41,325 bases of DNA from Hadesarchaea archaeon (GCA_030627035.1 DAOUSU010000001.1:1-41325); one strand, 5' to 3'; counted from the first letter of the stretch, positions 24,931-33,907 are shown. Program-made: numbers and translations. The notes: generated from the letters alone by a model not told the origin.

Positions 24931-26031
24931 TCAAATTTCGATTATTTGATATTTGAGTTTGCCTACTCCTAGCTTTTCCGCTGCGCACATCTGAATCGTG
25001 CTGTCTACGCGGTTGATCCTGCCAAGCCTGTCCGGACCCTCCTCGGCCAGTACGCCGGGAACCAATTCGGCGCGGTCGATGAGGTCAAGCGACGCCTTAT
25101 CGATCGCGACCGGGTCCAAGGAGGCGAGAATGCCGACATCAGCCACCACGGGGTTGCCGGCGTGCGTGGCGCAGTCACAAAGAGGGGTTACATCCTGAAC
25201 GACATTGATAAAGCAAACCCTGCCGCCAAATTTTTCCAAAACCGTCATCGCTCCGTGGGCGAGGTAGAGTTGAAAGCGCTCCTTCGCGCCATCTGGAAGT
25301 TTTATGGCCTCGTTCGGGCAGGCGAAAAGGCACCAGTTGCAGCCCACGCATTTCTCCACATCCCTGCACGCCTTGCCCTCCTCGAGCCTCATCGCCCCAT
25401 AAACGCAGCTTTCCACGCATTTGCCGCACCCCGTACATTTCCCAAGATCGATTTCCCCCACGCTGACCCCGTGTATGGTCGCCTTTCCGCGTTTGGTGAG
25501 GCATCCCATCCCGAGGTTTTTGATCGCGCCTCCGAAGCCCGTGAGATCGTGCCCCTTCGCATGGGATACCGCCACCATCGCATCCGACTCAACTATAGCT
25601 TGGGCGACCTCAACCTCGTTTAAATCACAACCATCTACCCTCTTACTCACGGATCTTTGGGTGCCATCATACCCGAGTAGACCATCCGCAATAATTATCG
25701 GTGCACCCATCGATTCGCCCGTAAAGCCGTTCGCCGCCGCCGTTTGAAGGTACTCCATAGCGGTCCACCTCGCTTCAGGGTAGAGGGTGGTCGTGTCGGT
25801 CACGAAGGGCCGCCCACCCGCCGTCTTTACTGCCCCTACGACTTCCCTCACGATTCCCGGCCTGACGTGGGTCACGTTTCCGAGCTCGCCCATATGCGCT
25901 TTGATGGCCACCAAGTCGCCTTTGTTCACCACTTCGCTCAGTGGCAGTTTTTGGAGGAGGGCATCGATGCCTTCATAAACGGTCTTTGCGCCCCTCCGAT
26001 AGTTGAAAAATAAAACCTCGGACACTTCCAT
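24931..26031 (-). CDS. DUF362-domain protein with inserted 2x[4Fe-4S] ferredoxin domain
   Basis: 366 aa. VAIKAHMGE...RPFVTDTTTLY is DUF362-like. CTGCGKCVESC and CVGCNWCLFACP are the cluster motifs. Confidence 0.7.
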   Translation of the reverse strand: MEVSEVLFFNYRRGAKTVYEGIDALLQKLPLSEVVNKGDLVAIKAHMGELGNVTHVRPGIVREVVGAVKTAGGRPFVTDTTTLYPEARWTAMEYLQTAAANGFTGESMGAPIIIADGLLGYDGTQRSVSKRVDGCDLNEVEVAQAIVESDAMVAVSHAKGHDLTGFGGAIKNLGMGCLTKRGKATIHGVSVGEIDLGKCTGCGKCVESCVYGAMRLEEGKACRDVEKCVGCNWCLFACPNEAIKLPDGAKERFQLYLAHGAMTVLEKFGGRVCFINVVQDVTPLCDCATHAGNPVVADVGILASLDPVAIDKASLDLIDRAELVPGVLAEEGPDRLGRINRVDSTIQMCAAEKLGVGKLKYQIIEI

Positions 26032-26123
26032 CGCCTTATCTTAATCTGACGGCAACGATAATTAACTTGTGGGATGTTGTAGCAATCCTTTTTAAATGAT
26101 TTATGTAAGTATAAAAGATAAAC

Positions 26124-27146
26124 GTGAAAGACAAAATACTGGAAAAGAAAAATTTAGCGAGGCTCATAGAGCATTTAAGAGAAAAATACGAGGTGGTGGG
26201 CCCAAAGAAGAAAGAGGACGTGTTCATTTTTGATTATATCCATGGCGATGAAATCCGGCTGGACTACCCAACCACCATACTGCCGCCCAAAAAATTGTTT
26301 TTTCCTCAAAGGGAACCGCTGTATTCGTACGAGAAGAAAAACGGAGAGGTGGCCCTTAAGGATTTAATGAAGAAGTGGACTAAAAAACACCTTCTCATTG
26401 GAATTCATCCGTGCGATGTGATGGGGCTATTTATTCTCGATAAGGAGTTTGGCGGTGATTTTAAGGACCCATACTATTTGTACCAAAGGCAGAACACCGT
26501 GATGATTTGTCTTATTTGTAAAGAACCAACGGAGCACTGTTTTTGTGATGTGATGAATACAGGACCAACGATAGAAGAGGGGTACGATCTTTTGATGGTG
26601 GATATAGGCGATAGGTATTATTTCCAACCAGGGAGCGAGGTTGGGCAAGAAATTCTCGAATGGGAGTTATTCAAAAATGCTACCGACGAGGATAAAAGGA
26701 AAAGGGATGCAAAGGTCGGAGAACTCGAGAACAAATTGTGCAGCAGATTCAAGTCCGAAGGGATAGACAAAAAATTGAGGGAGAGGTTCAATGATGAGCT
26801 TTGGGGCCCCTATGCTGAAAAATGTGTGTTGTGCGGGGCCTGCAATTTCGTTTGTCCAACATGTCATTGCTTTACCATAGAGGACGAGACAAACTTAACT
26901 GGGACTGAAGGGAGAAGGGTAAAGGCTTGGGATGCCTGCCACTTTAAGAATTTCGCCCTGATTGCGGGTGGACTTAACTTCAGAGGGCAAAGAACTTCGA
27001 GGGTAAAGCTCAGGATTTACGACAAGCTATGCTATTCGATGGAGAGGCATGGTGTTTACTCCTGTGTCGGATGCGGAAGGTGCACCGAATTTTGTCCCGC
27101 CAGAATTGACATTCGGGAGATTATAGAAAAAGTGCAGAAGGGATAA
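26124..27146 (+). CDS. hydB: Sulfhydrogenase (group 3b NiFe) beta subunit, AsrA-like Fe-S protein
   Basis: 340 aa, GTG start. CVLCGACNFVCPTCHC and CVGCGRCTEFCP. Confidence 0.8.
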   Translation: MKDKILEKKNLARLIEHLREKYEVVGPKKKEDVFIFDYIHGDEIRLDYPTTILPPKKLFFPQREPLYSYEKKNGEVALKDLMKKWTKKHLLIGIHPCDVMGLFILDKEFGGDFKDPYYLYQRQNTVMICLICKEPTEHCFCDVMNTGPTIEEGYDLLMVDIGDRYYFQPGSEVGQEILEWELFKNATDEDKRKRDAKVGELENKLCSRFKSEGIDKKLRERFNDELWGPYAEKCVLCGACNFVCPTCHCFTIEDETNLTGTEGRRVKAWDACHFKNFALIAGGLNFRGQRTSRVKLRIYDKLCYSMERHGVYSCVGCGRCTEFCPARIDIREIIEKVQKG

Positions 27147-27147
27147 G

Positions 27148-27975
27148 ATGGAAAATCCGTACATTCCAGAGCTGGCGGTTATAAAAGAGATAAAAGACGA
27201 AACTTCGGATGTCAAGACATTCAAAATCTCGTTTAGAGACAAGAAAAGTCTCGATTATCTTCCAGGTCAGTTTATCGAGCTGACCGTTTTTGGCTACGGG
27301 GAATTCCCAACCAGCATCAGTTCTTCGCCAATACCTCGTAAGGATTTCTTTGAAACAAGCATTAAACGGATGGGGGACGCGACAAATGCGTTGCACAGGC
27401 TAGATCGCGGTTCAATTATCGGAGCGCGCGGTCCATTTGGAAATGGATTTCCGGTAGATAAGCTTAAGGGAAATAATATTTTGTTCGTGGCCGGCGGCAT
27501 AGGTTCCGCGCCGTTAAGATCACTGATCTACTATACCTTGGCAAATCGAGAGGACTTCGGCAGTTTGAAGCTTCTATACGGTGCTAGAGCGCCTGATGAC
27601 ATAGTTTTCAAAAATGAGGTCATGCCGGAGGGAAAAATTGGGCAGGGGCTTGACGTATTTTTAACCGTCGACAAGGCGAACGAAAAATGGAGGGGACATG
27701 TTGGAGTGGTAACAACCCTATCCAAGGAAACTGAGATAACGCCGGAGAACACATTTGCGGTGATCTGCGGTCCAACGGTCATGATCAAGTTTGCTGTGGC
27801 GGAATTATTGAAAATGGGTTTCCAGAAGGATCAATTGATAGTCTCCTTGGAGCGGATGATGAAATGCGGAATGGGGATGTGCGGGCACTGCAGTATCGGG
27901 GCGAAGTATGTGTGCAAGGACGGCCCAGTATTCACATGTAAGGAAACTGGGAAATTTTTGGAATTGCCATTTTAG
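27148..27975 (+). CDS. hydG: Sulfhydrogenase gamma subunit (FAD/NAD(P)-binding, 2Fe-2S; AsrB/PyrK-like)
   Basis: 275 aa. PGQFIEL, FVAGGIGSAPLRS and C-terminal CGMGMCGHCSIG. Confidence 0.8.
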   Translation: MENPYIPELAVIKEIKDETSDVKTFKISFRDKKSLDYLPGQFIELTVFGYGEFPTSISSSPIPRKDFFETSIKRMGDATNALHRLDRGSIIGARGPFGNGFPVDKLKGNNILFVAGGIGSAPLRSLIYYTLANREDFGSLKLLYGARAPDDIVFKNEVMPEGKIGQGLDVFLTVDKANEKWRGHVGVVTTLSKETEITPENTFAVICGPTVMIKFAVAELLKMGFQKDQLIVSLERMMKCGMGMCGHCSIGAKYVCKDGPVFTCKETGKFLELPF

Positions 27976-28752
27976 GTGAAAAAAATGAAAATCAAGACCG
28001 CCATCATTGGATTAACCGCTTGCAGCGGGTGTCAAGTCCAGTTTTTGAACATAGAGGCTTTGCCTGAGATATTGGACGTGTTGGATATCACCTACTTCCC
28101 ACTGGCAAAGGGAAAGAACTCCGATGGGCCCTTCGATTTAACTTTAATCGAGGGATGCACTTCAACGCCGGAACAAATCGATGAAATTAAGAAAATGAGG
28201 GAAAAAACGAAAACGCTCGTTGCGCTTGGCACGTGCGCATGTTTTGGTGGTGTAAACGCAATGAAAAACTTCTACTCGCAAGAAAAAATTGAAGAAGAAG
28301 TATATGGGGGCACCAAGCTTCTTTACAAGTCGATCGAAGCGTCCCCGATAAGTAATCATGTGAAGGTGGACTTCTGCGTTCCTGGATGCCCATTCGACAA
28401 GGAGGGATTTTTGGACGCGCTTAAAAGAGTGGTAATGGACAAAAAACCGCCGAAAATTTATCACAACGTGTGCGCCGAATGCAAGCTAAATGAAAGAGGA
28501 TGCCTGCTCGAGAAAAAAAAGTTCTGCATGGGACCAGTTGTTATGGGGGGTTGTAGCGCTTTATGCCCGCGCCACGGGTATCCTTGCCAGGGATGCAGGG
28601 GCCCCTCAGAGGACGCGAAAGTTGAGACGATCGACGCCTTTCTGAAGATACTTGAGGACCACGGCATCCCGAAGGAAGAGATACCACGAAAATTCATGAA
28701 ATACGCGGGGGTTATCGAACCATTTAGGAGGATTATCTACGAACGTTATTAA
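27976..28752 (+). CDS. hydD: Sulfhydrogenase delta subunit (NiFe small subunit)
   Basis: 258 aa. GLTACSGCQVQFLN and GTCACFGG. Alternative ATG at 27985. Confidence 0.8.
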   Translation: MKKMKIKTAIIGLTACSGCQVQFLNIEALPEILDVLDITYFPLAKGKNSDGPFDLTLIEGCTSTPEQIDEIKKMREKTKTLVALGTCACFGGVNAMKNFYSQEKIEEEVYGGTKLLYKSIEASPISNHVKVDFCVPGCPFDKEGFLDALKRVVMDKKPPKIYHNVCAECKLNERGCLLEKKKFCMGPVVMGGCSALCPRHGYPCQGCRGPSEDAKVETIDAFLKILEDHGIPKEEIPRKFMKYAGVIEPFRRIIYERY

Positions 28753-30028
28753 GATAGACCACCTGACGAAGGTGGAAGGGCACGGCAGTCTCGTCATCGA
28801 CATCAAAAACAGAAAAGTCAAGGATTTGCGCTTGAACATATTTGAGGGGTCAAGATTTTTTGAACCGCTCCTAAAGGGAAGGGGGTACGATGAGGTCCCG
28901 GAAATTTCATCGAGGATATGCGGGATATGCGTCATTGCCCACCATTTGACGGCGGTCAAGGCGGTGGAGAAAGCGCTGGGCGTGACGCCTTCTGAACAGA
29001 CGATTGAGCTGAGAAAATTGCTTGACTTGGCGGGACTCGTTCAGAGCCACGTATTGCATCTCTACTTTCTGGCACTGTCGGACTATCTTGGATATGAAAG
29101 CACGCTGGCGATGATCGGAGAACATCCCGAGGTGGTAAAACGAGCACTGCGTATGAAAAAACTGGCAAACGACGCCTCAGAGCTAATAGCGGGTAGCCCC
29201 ATGCGCCAAGCCACTCCGGTGATCGGCGGATTCACATCGTTGCCAACCAAACATCAGCTAGAGCACTTGCTGCGTCGAATGAAGGATGCGAAAACCGATG
29301 CGATTAAAACTTTGGATCTATTTGCATCCTTGAAGGTGCCAGAATTTGAAAGAAAGGTTGAATGCTTTGCATTAGCGAAAGAAAAAACGTTTGCAATTTA
29401 CGATGGCGAGCAAATAGCATCAACAGAGGGGCTGTATTTCCCGGTGGAAGAATATCAGCAACATATAAAGGAGTTCGTGGTGCCATACTCTACAGCGAAA
29501 CATTCGATCAGTGTATCTACCGGGGAAAGCTTTCTGGTCGGCGCTTTGGCGCGGATCAACGTCAATAAGCAGCATCTATCAGATGGCGCGAAAGAGGCTA
29601 TGGACAGGATCGAAGTGAGATTCCCGAATTACAATCCATACATGAATAATTTAGCCCAAGCTCTGGAGATAGTCCATTCCATCGATCAAATAGTTTGCAC
29701 GCTGGAAAAATTGTTGGATGTTGGAGTTAAGGACGAAAAACCCGAGGTGAAGGTGCGCGCAGGAGAGGGTGTTGCTGCGACGGAGGCGCCGAGGGGCACG
29801 CTTTATCATCACTATAAAATCAACAATGCCGGGCGGGTCGAATATGCAAATATCATAACACCGACCGCTCAAAACCTGAAAAATATGGAAGAGGATTTAA
29901 AAGCGGTGGTCCCACAGCTCCTTGACTTGCCGAAAGATGAGATTGTACTTAACCTAGAGAAATTGATCAGGGCATACGATCCGTGCATCTCTTGCTCAAC
30001 GCATTTTCTTGAGACAAAATTCGTTTAG
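28748..30028 (+). CDS. hydA: Sulfhydrogenase alpha subunit (NiFe large subunit); start placed at ATT overlapping the hydD stop
   Basis: RICGICVIAHH (L1) and DPCISCSTH (L5), then 7 aa. The in-frame codons upstream of the track GTG (28772) read (I)KIDHLTK-VEGHG, matching the conserved N-terminus of group 3 large subunits. Confidence 0.85.
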   Translation: MKIDHLTKVEGHGSLVIDIKNRKVKDLRLNIFEGSRFFEPLLKGRGYDEVPEISSRICGICVIAHHLTAVKAVEKALGVTPSEQTIELRKLLDLAGLVQSHVLHLYFLALSDYLGYESTLAMIGEHPEVVKRALRMKKLANDASELIAGSPMRQATPVIGGFTSLPTKHQLEHLLRRMKDAKTDAIKTLDLFASLKVPEFERKVECFALAKEKTFAIYDGEQIASTEGLYFPVEEYQQHIKEFVVPYSTAKHSISVSTGESFLVGALARINVNKQHLSDGAKEAMDRIEVRFPNYNPYMNNLAQALEIVHSIDQIVCTLEKLLDVGVKDEKPEVKVRAGEGVAATEAPRGTLYHHYKINNAGRVEYANIITPTAQNLKNMEEDLKAVVPQLLDLPKDEIVLNLEKLIRAYDPCISCSTHFLETKFV

Positions 30029-30379
30029 AAGGCGTCTTACCTCGTTAATCGTATCTTCTGCACGTTTTTCATATGGTATCCCCAATATCGTTACGTTCGG
30101 TTTGCCCTCCTGTTTTATTAATTTGAGAAAAAAGGTGAGGTCAAAATCGTGAATGGTATAAATTTTTCGTTCTTTCAAAGAATCGATATCGACAAAACTG
30201 GTATGATCTATTCCTTTAACCACGTCGAGGATGAGGACATCGCCATCGTATTTGAGAATTTCTGCAGGATCGCTACACGTTACAAACCTTATCTGCGGGA
30301 AATCATCTTTTAACAAATTACAAATTTTTATTGCCGTGTCATCTCCAGATACCTCGCTCCCAAACGATAGCACGATCAT
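29996..30379 (-). CDS. Hydrogenase maturation endopeptidase (HycI/HoxW-like)
   Basis: 127 aa. MIVLSFGSEVSGDDTA...ILDVV...IHDFD pattern. Its 3' end overlaps the hydA 3' end by 33 nt (convergent). Confidence 0.6.
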   Translation of the reverse strand: MIVLSFGSEVSGDDTAIKICNLLKDDFPQIRFVTCSDPAEILKYDGDVLILDVVKGIDHTSFVDIDSLKERKIYTIHDFDLTFFLKLIKQEGKPNVTILGIPYEKRAEDTINEVRRLLNEFCLKKMR

Positions 30380-30420
30380 TGCCCCACCTCGGTTTCAAGG
30401 CAAATTGTCCGCGGGAAACC

Positions 30421-31644
30421 TTAAAAGACCCCAACGAGGGTTGCATCGACCATCCGCTTGATATCCTCTTTTAGAGCCTCCGGAAGTCCAAACACGCTAA
30501 CGTCCATGAACCCGCGGATGATGAGCGATTCCGCTTCGGATGCCGAGAAGCCCCTTGCCATCAGATATCTGATTTGCTCCTCCGCTATCCTACCAACGGC
30601 GGCCTCATGCGAAAGTTCGGTTCCTTTCGCCCGCCCCACCAGTTCCGGAATCGAGTGGATGGATGCCTTATCGGAGAGCAGAAGCCCCCTGCATTCGAGG
30701 TGCGCCCGGCTGTCCTCGTGCTCCCCAAGCAGGAACCCGCGGGCATTTATCTCGGCGTTGTCCGACGCTATCGCCCGCGTGATGACCTCTCCCCGGCTCC
30801 CCTTGCCCTGAAGTACAACCTTCGAGCCGATGTCCAAGCGGGAATTCTCAGCCCCGTACACGATGTTGTTGAACCTGACCCTTGAGTTAGTTCCCCTACA
30901 GTAGGCAACTGGGTACATCTGGAGGCTTTTCACCGGCTTCAGGCACGCGTAGTTGCTCACGAATGTCGCTCCATCATCCAAGGTGGCCGCGGCACGGGGG
31001 CGGACGTTGAAATTTTGGGCCCAGTTGTGGATCATTGTGTAGGTGAGCTTCGCGTTTTTCTTCACATAGAATTCAGAAACGCCGACGTGTAACCCGCTTC
31101 GAACGTTTGGATGAACCGTGCAGCCGGTTATTATCTGAACCTCTGAACCAGGCTCGGCTATCACCAAATTATGAACGTTTTGGTTAAAATTATCCTGCGA
31201 GATGAAGAGGCATGCTTGTAATGGAACCGTGATTTTTTGGCCCTCCAGCACCCGGATGAAATAGCCCTGGTCCCACTTTAACTTGGCCAAGGCGGTGAAT
31301 TTGTCGGTGTTGGCATCGACGATTTTCCACCAATACTCCCTGACCCAGTCGTACTTTTCGAGGGCATCCTTCGTGGTCAATATCTCGGCCTTCCCGGCGA
31401 AGCCATCCCGAATCGCCTGAAGCACCACGGAGCGATCGATCTGGAAATATGTGCCCGCCCTCCCCTTCTCATCGGCATTGATCCCGACGCTCAGTGCCCT
31501 CTGGACGACCTCCTTGGGCAGGGCAGAGATCGAACAGGGAGCCCAAGACGCAGCTTCCCTCTCGAAAACTCCGATGTCTAGGTCGGGTCCGAATGCCGCT
31601 GGCTTCCCTATCGCATCTGCCGCCGTTTTTTTACCTTTGGACAT
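30421..31644 (-). CDS. sufB: Fe-S cluster assembly scaffold SufB/SufD family
   Basis: 407 aa. LSHEAAVGRIAEEQIRYLMARGFSASEAESLIIRGF. Confidence 0.85.
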   Translation of the reverse strand: MSKGKKTAADAIGKPAAFGPDLDIGVFEREAASWAPCSISALPKEVVQRALSVGINADEKGRAGTYFQIDRSVVLQAIRDGFAGKAEILTTKDALEKYDWVREYWWKIVDANTDKFTALAKLKWDQGYFIRVLEGQKITVPLQACLFISQDNFNQNVHNLVIAEPGSEVQIITGCTVHPNVRSGLHVGVSEFYVKKNAKLTYTMIHNWAQNFNVRPRAAATLDDGATFVSNYACLKPVKSLQMYPVAYCRGTNSRVRFNNIVYGAENSRLDIGSKVVLQGKGSRGEVITRAIASDNAEINARGFLLGEHEDSRAHLECRGLLLSDKASIHSIPELVGRAKGTELSHEAAVGRIAEEQIRYLMARGFSASEAESLIIRGFMDVSVFGLPEALKEDIKRMVDATLVGVF

Positions 31645-32345
31645 TTTTCACACCACTTGTAACCCTTTTTCATGATCTGATCGAGAATTTTGCCCGGCTT
31701 CTCTGAACAAACGATCCGGCCGTTAAACAGCATGTGCGCTTTATCCGCCTTCACATAGCGCAGGATGTGACCGAGGTGGGTTATCAGGAGGCCCGACCGC
31801 TTCTCGAGGAATTTGCTGACCGCCTTGCCGATCACCTCCAAGTTCTCGACGTCCACCCCGGAGTCGGGTTCGTCAAATATCACGAAATTGGGTTTCTGCG
31901 CGAGCACCTGCAGGACCTCCGACCGCTTGAGCTCGCCCCCTGAAAATCCCAGATTCAGATCCCTGCCCAAGAATTCCGCAGGGATGTTCACGGTTGCGGT
32001 CAACTTCATTTCATCGACTCCGCGGGTGAGGTGCTGCAGAACGTCGCCCAATTTGACGCCCCTTATTGGCGGTGGATTTTGAAACGCCACTCCCAGCCCC
32101 AGCTTCACGCGCTCGTTTGTTGGCAGGGAGGTGATGTCCGTGCCGTTCAACCAGATCCTGCCAGATAGGATGCGGCAGTCCGGAAATCCTAGGATGGATT
32201 TAATCAGCGTCGTCTTTCCGGATCCATTTGGGCCGAACAGGACATGGGTCTCCCCCTTGGGTATTTCCAAGTCGACCCCGTCCAGCACCCGCTTCCCGGC
32301 GATCTCGACGCTTAGGCCTTCTACCCTCAGCAGCTCCATATGCAA
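31608..32345 (-). CDS. sufC: Fe-S cluster assembly ATPase SufC
   Basis: 245 aa. Walker A GPNGSGKTT and signature FSGGELKR. Basic CxxC tail KWCEKCPKVKKRRQMR overlaps the sufB start by 37 nt. Confidence 0.88.
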   Translation of the reverse strand: MHMELLRVEGLSVEIAGKRVLDGVDLEIPKGETHVLFGPNGSGKTTLIKSILGFPDCRILSGRIWLNGTDITSLPTNERVKLGLGVAFQNPPPIRGVKLGDVLQHLTRGVDEMKLTATVNIPAEFLGRDLNLGFSGGELKRSEVLQVLAQKPNFVIFDEPDSGVDVENLEVIGKAVSKFLEKRSGLLITHLGHILRYVKADKAHMLFNGRIVCSEKPGKILDQIMKKGYKWCEKCPKVKKRRQMR

Positions 32346-32498
32346 TCATTTTTAATACCTCAGAAGGACCTAAAAGTTTCCCGCTTTTGCACCTGTTTAT
32401 CACCGCTTTCTTCCTGTTAGCGGGGGACTCGACCGGCGGCGCGATTCCGGGCTACGTTCGCAAACCATTAAAGCTGACCGAGCAGAAATCATAACGGT

Positions 32499-32632
32499 AG
32501 CGGGGTAGGGCAAATAGTGTGGTAAGACCAGCTATCCCGAAGCCAGGAGTGCCCGCCGGGCTCATAACCCGGAGGTCCCAGGTTCAAAAGGAGGGGCTCA
32601 AAAAACCTTTCCGGAGTTTCCTGGCCCCGCTA
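32499..32632 (+). tRNA. Initiator tRNA-Met(CAU), 134-nt gene; introns inferred in D-loop (~28 nt) and T-loop (30 nt, 59/60)
   Basis: Acceptor AGCGGGG/CCCCGCT (A1:U72). D-stem GGGC (32508-11) / GCCC (32551-54). Anticodon arm CCGGG CTCATAA CCCGG with three G:C pairs, then AGGTC. T-stem CCAGG (32578-82) / CCTGG (32620-24), with the TTCAAA...T loop interrupted by 32589-32618. Confidence 0.8.
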
Positions 32633-32767
32633 CTATCCTGCTTGATTTGGATCTGATTTTCGGGGCATGCAAATTACTTTCGTTTTTCGGCGTTCGGCCT
32701 TCAGCAGCTCGATGCTAGCACGGCGAATTTGGGCTTTTGGCCACCATCGTTACCGTGCCCCCGTCTT

Positions 32768-33907
32768 TCATTTGATCAAACCGACCTTGTAGAGGTACTC
32801 GGCGGCCAGCACCGCACCCTTCGCCGCGCCAAGCTCGGTGTTGTGCGAGAGCACGGTGTACTGAAATCCATTGTCGAAAGCATTCGCTTCCACCCCACCG
32901 ATAACAGCGACCATGCCCCCCCCTATTGCTGCGTCGAACCTCGGCTGCGGCCTGTCGATGGCTTCCATGACTATTATCGGTTGCTTGGGTGCGGATGGCA
33001 GCGCCAGCCTTTGCGGCTCGCCCCGGTAGTTTTTCCAAGCTTCCTTCAGCTCATCGACGCTGCACCCCTTTGTGGTCTCGATGAAAACCGACTCCGTGTG
33101 GCCATCGAGAACGGGAACGCGGTTGCATTTGCACGCGATCTTAAACCCGGCAGGTTTGATCTTGCCGTCGATGAATTCTCCGAGGAGCTTCACAGTTTCC
33201 TTTTTGACCTTTTCCTCCTCCCCGCGGATGTATGGGATAACGTTGCCCTCGAAAACACCTTGCGAAAAGTCCCCCAGCACAGCTGGAAGGTCAGCCCCCT
33301 GCTCCCTTCGTTGCTTTGCCCACTCCTTGACTGCACCGTACCCGGAGCCGGACACGGCCTGCATCGAGGCCATCGTCACGCGCTCCAGCCCGAACTCATC
33401 GTACACTGGCTTGAGCGACATCGCGAGTCCGATGGTGGTGCAGTTGGCCTGAGGAACAACGAACCCTCTCCATTCCCTGTTTTTTTGCTGGACTGATATT
33501 ATGCCCGCGTGCGACTCGTTCACGCTCGGCAGGTACACGAAGCTGTCGTCGAAGTACCGGTAGGCGGATGCCGTGCTGATGACTGGCCTTTCTTTCGCGA
33601 TTTTCCCCTCGATCTCCATCGCCGTTTCGGATGGCAAAGCCGAGAAGAACACGTTATTCTCTTCTGGGCGCACGTCGCGGACATCCAAAACCGTCATGTC
33701 AAGGATTTTTTCGTCGGGCGCTTCCTTACAAAACCATCGTGAATTTTCCTGCCCGTAGTCCAGCGCTTCTGCATATTTCTTGCCAGCCGATCTTTCCGAT
33801 GCATACAGAGCCGTGAGCTCGAACCACGGATGCCCCTGTAAATTGATCACGAATTTCTGCCCAACTTCGCCAGTCGCACCCAAGACTGCTACCGGAATTT
33901 TTGCCAT
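32768..33907 (-). CDS. asd: Aspartate-semialdehyde dehydrogenase (archaeal type)
   Basis: 379 aa. VAVLGATGEVGQKF and active-site ANCTTIGL. Lysine-operon context. Confidence 0.85.
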   Translation of the reverse strand: MAKIPVAVLGATGEVGQKFVINLQGHPWFELTALYASERSAGKKYAEALDYGQENSRWFCKEAPDEKILDMTVLDVRDVRPEENNVFFSALPSETAMEIEGKIAKERPVISTASAYRYFDDSFVYLPSVNESHAGIISVQQKNREWRGFVVPQANCTTIGLAMSLKPVYDEFGLERVTMASMQAVSGSGYGAVKEWAKQRREQGADLPAVLGDFSQGVFEGNVIPYIRGEEEKVKKETVKLLGEFIDGKIKPAGFKIACKCNRVPVLDGHTESVFIETTKGCSVDELKEAWKNYRGEPQRLALPSAPKQPIIVMEAIDRPQPRFDAAIGGGMVAVIGGVEANAFDNGFQYTVLSHNTELGAAKGAVLAAEYLYKVGLIK

